DNA of 55,579 nucleotides from NCBI GenBank assembly GCA_005889475.1, contig VBGT01000029.1:4711-60289 (forward strand). Direction: 5' to 3'. This document shows, in pieces, positions 38,075 to 45,593 of the stretch (positions are counted from its first letter, which is position 1; every line of letters begins with the position of its first letter). Origin of the DNA: Chloroflexota bacterium (lineage in GTDB: Bacteria; Chloroflexota; Limnocylindria; Limnocylindrales; CSP1-4). Both the position numbers and the translations under genes were made by a program. The notes below the pieces were generated by a model. The model did not search any database, was not told the DNA's origin, and worked only from the letters and a program-made list of their open reading frames with translations.

Positions 38075-39015
38075 GGCGCCGCGCCTGCCCGTGCGAGGAG
38101 CACCGCGGAGGTGGCGATCCCCGCCTCCGGAGCGACCAGCCGATCCTCGTGCTCGACGCTCATGAACGGCGCGCTCGTGTCTCGTTCGAGGGCCGCACGG
38201 AAAGCCTGCCACCAGGCGAGCTCGTGGGCGCCATGCCCGACTGCGGCGAAGTCCCAGGGGATGTTGGCCGGGTCACCCGGCCACCGGCTGTCCAGGAGAC
38301 CGTGCAACGCAAGCTCACCTTCGTTGTAGCGGACGTCCTTGGCGTGGGCGTAGCCGACCAGCGGCCCGAGTCGCCCGACCACCGCGAGCGGGTCCATCTG
38401 CTGCCAGAACAGGTGACTGGGATCCAGGTTGACCGCGATCGCGGGCGCCACGGCATGGAGCCGAAGGAAGGTCTCGACGTTGTACACGTGCGCGCCGGGG
38501 TGAAGCTCGAGGCAGATCGTCAGCCCGGGGCTGACCCTGGTGACGAGCTCATTGATCTCCTCCCAATACGGGCGGACCCGGTTCTCCCACTGCCAGGCCG
38601 CGACGCCGGCGTAGTCCGGAAGCCAGGCATTTGCCGCGAAATGCGGTGCCGAGCTCGGCTCGGGCCCCGCGGCAGGGCAGCCCGACATCGCGACGATGCG
38701 CTCGACGCCCAGCTCCCCGGCCAGCTCGATCGTTCGGCGCAGGTCGGCGTCATGGCGCCGGGCGATCGCGTCGTTCGGGTGCAGCGGATTGCCGGAGACG
38801 TTGAACGCCGCAACCCGGTAGCCACGTCCCGCCAGACGGGCGTGCCACGCCTGGCGCTCTTGCGCGCTCAGGTCCAGCGGTGAGTGGCCGAGGGGCGAGT
38901 ACCCGCCCGTCCCGATCTCGAGGTCGCGGATCTCGGCAACGTTCTCGTCCAGCCAGCCCATGAGGTCGTCAAGGGACCGATGGATCATCCCCTCTGTGAC
39001 CAGGGCGAGCCTCAC
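38071..39015 (-). CDS. Sugar phosphate isomerase/epimerase (xylose-isomerase-like TIM barrel)
   Basis: 314 aa. LELHPGAHVYN, VNLDPSHLFWQ, HAKD, SVEHED. Paralog of 50567-51508. Confidence 0.75.
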   Translation of the reverse strand: MRLALVTEGMIHRSLDDLMGWLDENVAEIRDLEIGTGGYSPLGHSPLDLSAQERQAWHARLAGRGYRVAAFNVSGNPLHPNDAIARRHDADLRRTIELAGELGVERIVAMSGCPAAGPEPSSAPHFAANAWLPDYAGVAAWQWENRVRPYWEEINELVTRVSPGLTICLELHPGAHVYNVETFLRLHAVAPAIAVNLDPSHLFWQQMDPLAVVGRLGPLVGYAHAKDVRYNEGELALHGLLDSRWPGDPANIPWDFAAVGHGAHELAWWQAFRAALERDTSAPFMSVEHEDRLVAPEAGIATSAVLLARAGAAP

Positions 39016-39039
39016 GCCGTCCCTCCGCGACCGATCGGC

Positions 39040-39053
39040 TTGTAGCGTTGCAA
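39040..39053. promoter_or_regulatory. Candidate LacI-family operator (imperfect palindrome centred on CG)
   Basis: TTGTAG-CG-TTGCAA. 10 of 14 positions are self-complementary. It lies 25 nt upstream of the first gene of the minus-strand operon, in the 147-nt divergent intergenic region. I did not find a second copy. Confidence 0.25.
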
Positions 39054-39162
39054 TGCCATGCTACCGTAGGCAGGCACCTCAGCCCACCTCTGTGTCCGAT
39101 CGAGCCCTCCTCCGACCGGAGGTACACCCATCGAAACTTCGACCCTGGCGTCGAGCTCCGCC

Positions 39163-40281
39163 GTGACGTCGAGCCCGGCTCCGACGCGGGTGAGGGTGGG
39201 CGTGATCGGAGCGGGTCTCATCGCGCAGGTCATGCACCTCCACTACCTGCGCGAGCTGGCGGACCGCTTCGAGATCTCCGCGATCTGCGACATCGCCCCG
39301 GAGAACGCGGCCGCGAGCGCCGAGCGGTACGGCGTCGCGAAGGTCTGCACGGATTGGCGAGACCTGTTGCGCGAGCCGATCGACGCCATCCTGGTGCTCA
39401 CGGCCGGCAGCCACGCTCCGATGGCGATCGAGGCTGCCCGGGCCGGGGTTCACGTCCTCGTCGAGAAGCCGATGTGCTTCTCCACCAGGGAGGGTGCGGC
39501 GATGGTCGACGCCGCCGAACGGGCGAACGTCACGCTCATGGTCGCGTACAACAAGCGCCACGACCCCGCATACGTCCGGTTCCAGGACGAGGCGGCAGCC
39601 ATGAGCGACGCTCGTTTCCTGCGGGTGACCACCCTCGAGTCTCCGATCCAGCCGTACGTCTCGCACTATCCCCTCGCACCGATCGGACGGCCGCCGCCAG
39701 CCGAGCTCGAGCGACTTCGGGCGGAGACTGCGGCCAGCATCACGGCGGCCATCGGCGCTGCCGACGAGTTCCACCGGAAGGCGTATCACGCGGTCCTCCT
39801 CGACACCCTCGTGCACGAGATCAATGCCGTGCGAGGACTGCTCGGCGAGCCGGACCGACTCGACTATGTCGACCTCCGGGAGGGCAGCCTGACCGCGATG
39901 CTGCGCTTCGGGGACCTGCCGGTCGCCATCCACTGGATCGATCTGCCCGGCATCGCCCGGTACAAGATGGAGTTCGCGCTGTATTCCCCCGATCGGCGCG
40001 TGACGCTCTCCTTCCCATCGCCGTTCCTGCGCAGCGAGCCAACCATCCTCGAGATCGAGACCGGCGTGGCCGGCTCCGCCGAATCCGGGGTGTCGCACCA
40101 GATCACGTCCTACGAGAGCGGCTTCAAGCGCGAGCTGATCGCGTTCCACGATTGCGTGGTCAACGGCACCCCACCGCTGACCTCCGGCGCCGACGCGCTA
40201 CGCGACATCGCGCTGTGCCAGGCCATCATCGAGTCCCACCGGACCGGCCGCCCGATCGACCATCCGACCGAGAGCGCATGA
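39163..40281 (+). CDS. Gfo/Idh/MocA-family oxidoreductase (inositol 2-dehydrogenase-like)
   Basis: 372 aa. Rossmann motif VGVIGAGLIAQ, and the consensus HVLVEKPM. Confidence 0.7.
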   Translation: MTSSPAPTRVRVGVIGAGLIAQVMHLHYLRELADRFEISAICDIAPENAAASAERYGVAKVCTDWRDLLREPIDAILVLTAGSHAPMAIEAARAGVHVLVEKPMCFSTREGAAMVDAAERANVTLMVAYNKRHDPAYVRFQDEAAAMSDARFLRVTTLESPIQPYVSHYPLAPIGRPPPAELERLRAETAASITAAIGAADEFHRKAYHAVLLDTLVHEINAVRGLLGEPDRLDYVDLREGSLTAMLRFGDLPVAIHWIDLPGIARYKMEFALYSPDRRVTLSFPSPFLRSEPTILEIETGVAGSAESGVSHQITSYESGFKRELIAFHDCVVNGTPPLTSGADALRDIALCQAIIESHRTGRPIDHPTESA

Positions 40282-41222
40282 CCGCGGTCGGGTCCGGGGG
40301 CGCGTCCGGCATCGTCGTCGCCAATGCGCCGGTCAGCTATGGCGCCTTCGAGCTGACCGTCGGCATCGATCCCAATGTTCCGGACGGGCTCCAGGTCCTC
40401 GACGAGGTGGCCGGGGCCGGCTATGCGGGCATCGACCTCGGGCCCGTCGGCTATCTCGGCCGCGGCGCCGAGCTAGGAGAGCGTCTCGCCGGCCGCAATC
40501 TCGGCCTTGCCGGGGGGTACCTGGAGCTGCCGTACGCCGATTCGGAGGCGCTCCATCAGGCCATGCCGGCGCTCGATGAGCTGCTCTACGCGTTCGACGC
40601 CGCCGGGCCTAACCGGGACGCCCCGCCACCCCGGCCGACGCTTGCCGATGCCGGCAGCGAGTCCCGCCGGGCGCGCCCCGGCCGGTCCGGCGCCGACCAC
40701 GGCCTGGGCCTGGATGCGGATGGCTGGCAGCGATTCGGCGTGGGTCTGGCCGAGGTGGTCGGACGCTGCCGCGACCGAGGCTATGAGCCCACGTTCCACC
40801 ACGAGACCGGGACGTACGTCGAGGCACCCTGGGAGGTCGAGCGGGTCCTGGAGGTTTCGGACATCGGGCTCTGCCTCGACGCCGGCCACTTCCTGCTCGC
40901 CGGCGGCGACCCCGTGGCGGCGATCGGAACGTGGGCCCCGCGCATCAACCATTTCCACCTGAAGGACGCCCGCCGATCGGTGATGGCCGGGATCGTCGCC
41001 GACGGAGTGCCTGCCACCGGGATCTGGGAGCGCGAGGCTTTCCCCCCGCTGGGCCAGGGCGACCAGGACGTCGACGGCATCATTGCCGCGCTGCGACGGA
41101 TCAGCTATCAGGGCTGGCTCGTCGTGGAGCAGGACACGCTGCCCCGCACGAAGGCGCGTTTCGACCAGGCGGCTGCGGACCAGCGGGCCAACCGCAGCTA
41201 CCTCGCGGAGCGCGGATTGTGA
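40278..41222 (+). CDS. Inosose dehydratase-like sugar phosphate isomerase/epimerase (IolE-like TIM barrel)
   Basis: The ATG at 40278 overlaps the upstream stop (ATGA). FHHETGTYVE, GLCLDAGHFLLAGGDP, INHFHLKDAR, GWLVVEQD. Pattern as in IolE. It contains a Pro/Arg-rich insert of roughly 40 aa. Confidence 0.6.
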   Translation: MTAVGSGGASGIVVANAPVSYGAFELTVGIDPNVPDGLQVLDEVAGAGYAGIDLGPVGYLGRGAELGERLAGRNLGLAGGYLELPYADSEALHQAMPALDELLYAFDAAGPNRDAPPPRPTLADAGSESRRARPGRSGADHGLGLDADGWQRFGVGLAEVVGRCRDRGYEPTFHHETGTYVEAPWEVERVLEVSDIGLCLDAGHFLLAGGDPVAAIGTWAPRINHFHLKDARRSVMAGIVADGVPATGIWEREAFPPLGQGDQDVDGIIAALRRISYQGWLVVEQDTLPRTKARFDQAAADQRANRSYLAERGL

Positions 41223-42136
41223 GCGACGCACTGTTTCGCCTCGGGCTGATCGGCGCCGGTCGCATGGGCAGGACCCATCTCCGCGCCCTCGAGGGCTCGA
41301 CGTCGGTCGCGGTGACCGCGGTCGTCGAGCCCGTCGCCACGACCCGCGACGCGATCGCGGGAATGGGCATGGCCGTCTTCGAGGACGTATCCATCACCGC
41401 CCCGAGCGATCGCCACGTCGAGATCGTCACGCAGGTCGCGGCCGCGGGCCTGCCGATCCTGTGCGAGAAGCCCTGCGGGCGCTCGACCGCCGAGATCGTC
41501 GTCGCCGAGCACGCGGTGGAGCGCGACGGGATTCCCTTCCAGGTGGCGTACTGGCGCCGCTACGTGCCGGCCCTGCAGGAGCTCCGCCAGCGCATCGAGG
41601 CGGGCGAGCTGGGCGAGGTCCACCTGCTCGCCAGCTTCCAGTGGGATGAGCATCCGCCCAGCCCGGCGTTCCGTGCCCACAGCGGCGGGATCTTCATCGA
41701 CATGGGCGTGCACGAGTTCGACCAGATCCGGTGGCTCAGCGGGCAGGAGTTCGGTGATCTCGATGCAGTCTCGTCACCGGTCGGCGAAGCCGGCGACATC
41801 GGGGATGACGTGGACAGCGCACAGGCGCTCGGGACCCTTTCGGGCGGGACGAGCGCGTTCGTCTCGCTGGGACGCTTCTTTCCGGGCGGCGACATGGCGC
41901 GGATCGAGGTCTTCGGGACCGCGGATGCGGTCCGCTGCGACTTCCTCGACCCGAAGGACGGCGATCGAGCCCAGCTCGAGGCGCTGGTTCGGCAAGCCGA
42001 GGGCTTCGCGGCCTTCGCTCGCGGCGGCGCCCGCACGGGTGCCTCGATCCGGGATGCGGCTGCCGCCCTCGCGGCCGCCGAGCGAGCCGCGTCGGCGATC
42101 GCGCTCGTCCCCGCTGCCGCTGGCCCGCGCTCGTGA
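41219..42136 (+). CDS. Gfo/Idh/MocA-family oxidoreductase (short N-terminal domain)
   Basis: The GTG at 41219 overlaps the upstream stop (GTGA). LGLIGAGRMGRTH, PILCEKP, FIDMGVHEFD. The segment between the second strand and the EKP motif is shorter than in its two neighbours. Confidence 0.65.
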   Translation: MSDALFRLGLIGAGRMGRTHLRALEGSTSVAVTAVVEPVATTRDAIAGMGMAVFEDVSITAPSDRHVEIVTQVAAAGLPILCEKPCGRSTAEIVVAEHAVERDGIPFQVAYWRRYVPALQELRQRIEAGELGEVHLLASFQWDEHPPSPAFRAHSGGIFIDMGVHEFDQIRWLSGQEFGDLDAVSSPVGEAGDIGDDVDSAQALGTLSGGTSAFVSLGRFFPGGDMARIEVFGTADAVRCDFLDPKDGDRAQLEALVRQAEGFAAFARGGARTGASIRDAAAALAAAERAASAIALVPAAAGPRS

Positions 42137-43284
42137 CGGCGACTCCTGAGCTGCGCATCGGGATCGTCGGCTACGGGACGATGGGCCGCGCGCACAGCTA
42201 CGGCTATCGGGTCGCTCCGAACGTGGCTCCGCTGCCGATGCGACCCATCGTCAAGCTCCTCTCCGGCCGCGACGAGGCGGCCGTTGCCGCGGCGGCTGCG
42301 AGCTATGGCGCGGAGGCCTGGACCACTAACTGGCGCGATCTCGTCGAGCGCGACGACATCGACGTGGTCGACATCTGCACACCGCCGGGCACCCACGCGG
42401 AGATCGCCGAGGCGGCGGCCGGCGCGGGCAAGGCAGTCCTGTCCGAGAAACCGCTGGGAACGTCCTACGCCCAGGCGCACGCCGCGTGGGCCGCGGTCTC
42501 AGGAGCCGGCGTGCGCAACGCGATCGGGTTCAACTACCGGCGCCTGCCCGCCGTCGCGTTGATGCGCCGGATGATCGCCGACGGCGTCGTGGGCGATGTC
42601 AGGCTGTGGCGCGGGACCTGGCTCTCCGACGAGTTCACCGACCCCGCGACGCCATTCGACTGGCGCTTCGACCGCGCGATGGGCGGAACCACCATCGCCG
42701 ACCTCGGGAGCCACATGATCGACATGGCGCTCTGGATGGTCGGCCCGGTCGCCGAGGTGTCAGCCCAGTCGGAGACGTTCATCCGGGCGCGGCCGAGCCC
42801 GACCGGCGACCGGCGGGTCACCATCGACGATGCATCGTCGGCGCTGCTTCGTTTCGAAGGTGGCGCACGCGGGACGATCGAGATGGCTCGGCTCGCGGTC
42901 CGCCGGCCGTGCGACTTCACCATCGAGGTCAACGGGGCCAAGGGCACGCTCGTCTTCGACTATCCGCGCCTGAACGAGCTGCTGTACGGCGACGCCGGCG
43001 ACGATCCCGGTTTGTACGGCATGCGCCGGATCCGGGCCGAGCACCCGGGTCACCCCTATGCGGAGCTCGGCTGGCCGATCGGCCAGGGCATCGGCTACGG
43101 CGAGACGTTCGTGAACCAGGCAGTGGATCTCGTGCGTGCCTGGCCGAGCGGAGCCTGGACGCCGAGCTTCGCCGACGGCCTCGCCGTCCAGGCGGTGTGC
43201 GATGCCATGGAGCTGTCCGCGGCGCAGCGGCGCTGGGTCGGCATCCCGGAGATTACCGAGACCGTTAGCAGGAGGCGCCCCTGA
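42133..43284 (+). CDS. Gfo/Idh/MocA-family oxidoreductase
   Basis: 383 aa. The GTG start overlaps the upstream stop. IGIVGYGTMGRAH, AVLSEKPLG, IADLGSHMIDMA. Confidence 0.7.
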   Translation: MTATPELRIGIVGYGTMGRAHSYGYRVAPNVAPLPMRPIVKLLSGRDEAAVAAAAASYGAEAWTTNWRDLVERDDIDVVDICTPPGTHAEIAEAAAGAGKAVLSEKPLGTSYAQAHAAWAAVSGAGVRNAIGFNYRRLPAVALMRRMIADGVVGDVRLWRGTWLSDEFTDPATPFDWRFDRAMGGTTIADLGSHMIDMALWMVGPVAEVSAQSETFIRARPSPTGDRRVTIDDASSALLRFEGGARGTIEMARLAVRRPCDFTIEVNGAKGTLVFDYPRLNELLYGDAGDDPGLYGMRRIRAEHPGHPYAELGWPIGQGIGYGETFVNQAVDLVRAWPSGAWTPSFADGLAVQAVCDAMELSAAQRRWVGIPEITETVSRRRP

Positions 43285-43424
43285 CCCACCGCTCTCGCTC
43301 CACCGAGACCAGCCCGTTGAGGAGTGATTGATAGAACTTGCGATATTGATCCTGGTCCGAGACCACAAAGAAAATGGGTCAGGACGAAGCCCTCGGTGGG
43401 GGCGGGAAATTCGCCGGGGTTCAT
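43265..43424 (-). pseudogene. 5' fragment of a VOC/glyoxalase-like gene, frameshifted and truncated
   Basis: GGAGG lies 6 nt before the ATG at 43424. Frame 1 gives MNPGEFPAPTEGFVLTHF. After the T-run cattttcttt, the +1 frame reads FFVVSDQDQYRKFYQSLLNGLVSVERE...*. Joined, this matches the h-h-H-h-x-h-x-V-x-D-x-D-x-x-x-x-FY N-terminal module of VOC proteins. The reading runs into the 3' end of the convergent oxidoreductase gene. Confidence 0.35.
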
Positions 43425-43450
43425 CTTGGCCTCCGAGGAATCGAACCAAT

Positions 43451-43807
43451 CTAATGGCGCAGCACGCTACGGGTCCGGCAGGCGCCGATGAAGTCGAGCC
43501 ACAAGCCGCCATCCGAGAGTTCGACGCGAGGTCGTCGGAACCATCCCCAGCCACGCATGACGATCCGCGCTCCGGCGGCCTCGAGAACGCTGACAAGGTC
43601 TCGTTGAACATAGGCCTCGATGCCGGCGGGGGCACGCAGCGGCTGGAACTCCTCGGCGATCGGCACTTCCGATCCGGTCCAACGGAGGTGGAGGTCGCCC
43701 ACGGAAACGTTGCGTCCACAGCACCGCGACGCGAAATAGTCAAGCAGAAGCCGGCGACCCTTTGACCGGGCGAATAGCTCGTCGCGCGCCTCGTTGGACC
43801 AGATCAT
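43451..43807 (-). CDS. Small hypothetical protein with an SRCCG motif (possibly the CC/Se-motif family)
   Basis: From the internal ATG at 43807: MIWSNEARDELFARSKGRRLLLDYFASRCCGRNVSVGDLHL...GIEAYVQRDL...IVMRGWGWFRRPRVEL. The track ORF extends to 44002. Lower-GC region. Confidence 0.45.
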   Translation of the reverse strand: MIWSNEARDELFARSKGRRLLLDYFASRCCGRNVSVGDLHLRWTGSEVPIAEEFQPLRAPAGIEAYVQRDLVSVLEAAGARIVMRGWGWFRRPRVELSDGGLWLDFIGACRTRSVLRH

Positions 43808-44021
43808 CGCGGCGTCTGCCCGGCTCCACCCTGTTGCCACCTCGGTGCTGGAGAGAACTGGAGCCGTCGTCATGGCACGGATCGTACGTGCGTCGCTCAT
43901 AAACAGCCACGTAAGACGCGATCCCCGTGTTCGAGCAACCGGCGACCTCCAGCACGGGCCTGATACCGACCGCGTGAGTGCGCCGCTGGCTCCCGCCCGC
44001 ACCAGGTGCGAAACTGGGACG

Positions 44022-44370
44022 GTAAGGGCAGAGCTTGTCGCGTTCGGCGAGATTCAGATCGAGGGCGAGCGTTATGCCCGCGACGTGGTCATCGAGCGGG
44101 CGTGTGAGGCCCCGCCGAAAGGGCCCTTCAAAGGCGCTCCGTGACCGGTTCGGGCACACGCCGCTGTAGGCCGCGGAGGCCATCCCGTGGGGCGGCCATC
44201 GGCTCATCGTCGGGACGGGCGCCGATGGCAGGCTGCCGATCGCCGCAGACGTCCACACCGAGGCCGAACGACGCGGAGTTGGGATGGTCGCCCTGCCAAC
44301 AGCGGAGGCTTGCCGTCTGCTCGCCGAAATGAAGGCTGAGGACGTCTACGCGGTCATCCACACCTGTTAG
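44022..44370 (+). pseudogene. Mth938-like (DUF498) gene disrupted by a frameshift, an in-frame TAG and loss of its start codon
   Basis: Frame A reads ...AFGEIQIEGERYARDVVIER up to about 44099. Frame A+1 then reads GRVRPRRKGPSKALRDRFGHTPL-TAG(44167)-AAEAIPWGGHRLIVGTGADGRLPIAADVHTEAERRGVGMVALPTAEACRLLAEMKAEDVYAVIHTC-TAG(44368). The joined reading follows the Mth938 pattern FG.i.i.G..Y..DvvI...G.v..R.K..S....G.sH.l.......liiGTG..G......PT.eA...hvTC. Confidence 0.7.
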
Positions 44371-44702
44371 CTCCGCGTCGGCATCACACCCCTCATCGAA
44401 TATCGGCCCAGCAACTTTCTGCCATTCCGACGGGCATGTTGCGTGCGAAAGCTGGGACAGACGGCGACGGGCTGGCATAGACAGCAGGTGTACCGTGACA
44501 ACGCAGGGCCCCCGCTCCGCACGTCGACGGCGATCCCTTATGGGGATTGGCTAGATCGCGCCACCGGGGGCCTCTGCGGTGCCGGTCGTAGCCTTCGTCG
44601 ACGGGGTGTGCGGCCGACATGACGATGGCGGAGCTGGGGAGCTGGCGTCGATCCGGCTGATAAACTCGGCGGCGCGCCGAGGTCGTCTCTAGCGACTCCC
44701 GA

Positions 44703-44778
44703 GCGGGAGTAACTCAGCTGGCAGAGTGTCTGCTTCCCAAGCAGAATGTCGCGGGTTCGAATCCCGTCTCCCGCTCCA
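44703..44778 (+). tRNA. tRNA-Gly (anticodon CCC), CCA encoded
   Basis: Folded by hand. Acceptor GCGGGAG/CTCCCGC; D stem ACTC/GAGT; anticodon stem TCTGC/GCAGA with loop TT-CCC-AA; variable loop ATGTC; T arm GCGGG-TTCGAAT-CCCGT; discriminator T; then CCA. Confidence 0.9.
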
Positions 44779-45140
44779 ATTCCACGCAATTGATCGTGGC
44801 CACAGCGTCTGCTTCGGCAAGTTAGTTGCTGTGAGGCCCCGCATGGTCGTCTCCACAGCAAGTGCTTCACATGCCAGGGCAGGTCGCCGCGTTCGTCTCA
44901 GTGTCTGCCTCTTGCGTGTCGCCCGTTCGCACCGGGCCGTGATCGAAAGAATCAGGTCAAGGGGGACGAGCCTGAAGGCCCGGGTGGTTCGCAAGTCGCA
45001 AGCCGCGCGCGAGACTAGAGCACCGCTCCGCCTCGCAGAGACGCCAGCGCCTCGTCTTGCACCCTGCGCCTGGAGCGGGAGATAAGGGTTATCGCTCGCG
45101 CCTATGATCAGCGCCCCAGGAGTCCGCCAGGAGAGAGACC

Positions 45141-45512
45141 ATGTTGGACGACGACACGCTCAAGGACATGTACTCGAGACGCGGTGTCCCAACCGACTGG
45201 CAGGAGCTGACGCCGGACACCATGGCGCCCGCCTTCAAACTCTGGTACCGCGCGCTTCCCAGTCCGAAATCGGACTTCGTCGACGGATCTGAGTACGCCG
45301 AGTGGCTGATCCACGACCCGGTCGCCGCTCTTCGAGATTCTGGAATCATCTCCAGCGCGGAAGAGGATGCGGAGGAACCGCATATCTCGACGATGGTCGT
45401 CAACCACGAGAAGACGCTGAATCGACTCATCATGTTTGCGATGGTCGTGGTCTCGACGAATCCGAAGACCGTCGGGATCACGATCGTCAAGGAAGGGGCC
45501 CCCGAAGATTGA
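45141..45512 (+). CDS. Hypothetical acidic protein (islet orphan)
   Basis: 123 aa. GGAGAGAG Shine-Dalgarno 4 nt upstream of the ATG. A/T-ending codons are more frequent than in the flanking genes. I recognise no family. Confidence 0.5.
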   Translation: MLDDDTLKDMYSRRGVPTDWQELTPDTMAPAFKLWYRALPSPKSDFVDGSEYAEWLIHDPVAALRDSGIISSAEEDAEEPHISTMVVNHEKTLNRLIMFAMVVVSTNPKTVGITIVKEGAPED

Positions 45513-45593
45513 CGGTGCGGCCGTCGCCGATCCGCGAATCGGTCAGGACTGCTGCCTGCTGACCTGATTCCTGACCTCACGACCGCTCAGGCC

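Noticed and set aside
44167-44169. The in-frame TAG in the Mth938-like gene as programmed read-through or pyrrolysine.
   Set aside because: The same gene also has a frameshift and lacks a start codon, and nothing in the window suggests pyl genes. Pseudogenisation is the simpler explanation.
43328-44258. Track ORFs 43328-43765 (+), 43740-44258 (-) and 44128-44478 (-) in the lower-GC zone.
   Set aside because: They overlap or lie antisense to the CC-motif ORF and the Mth938-like pseudogene, whose translations are recognisably protein-like. These alternatives have no features.
44779-45140. An integrase or recombinase (or a remnant) next to the tRNA.
   Set aside because: No frame gives more than junk ORFs, and those overlap the tRNA. 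No R..HxxR..Y-type motifs are visible by eye. A decayed remnant cannot be excluded without tblastn.
45141-45512. Resemblance of the small islet protein to nitrile-hydratase-like leader peptides (NHLP): DPVAALRDSGI ... MVVNHEKTLNRLI.
   Set aside because: The similarity is limited to two short patches. There is no Gly-Gly cleavage motif or Cys/Ser/Thr-rich core, and no cyclodehydratase, lanthipeptide synthetase or peptidase-transporter nearby.
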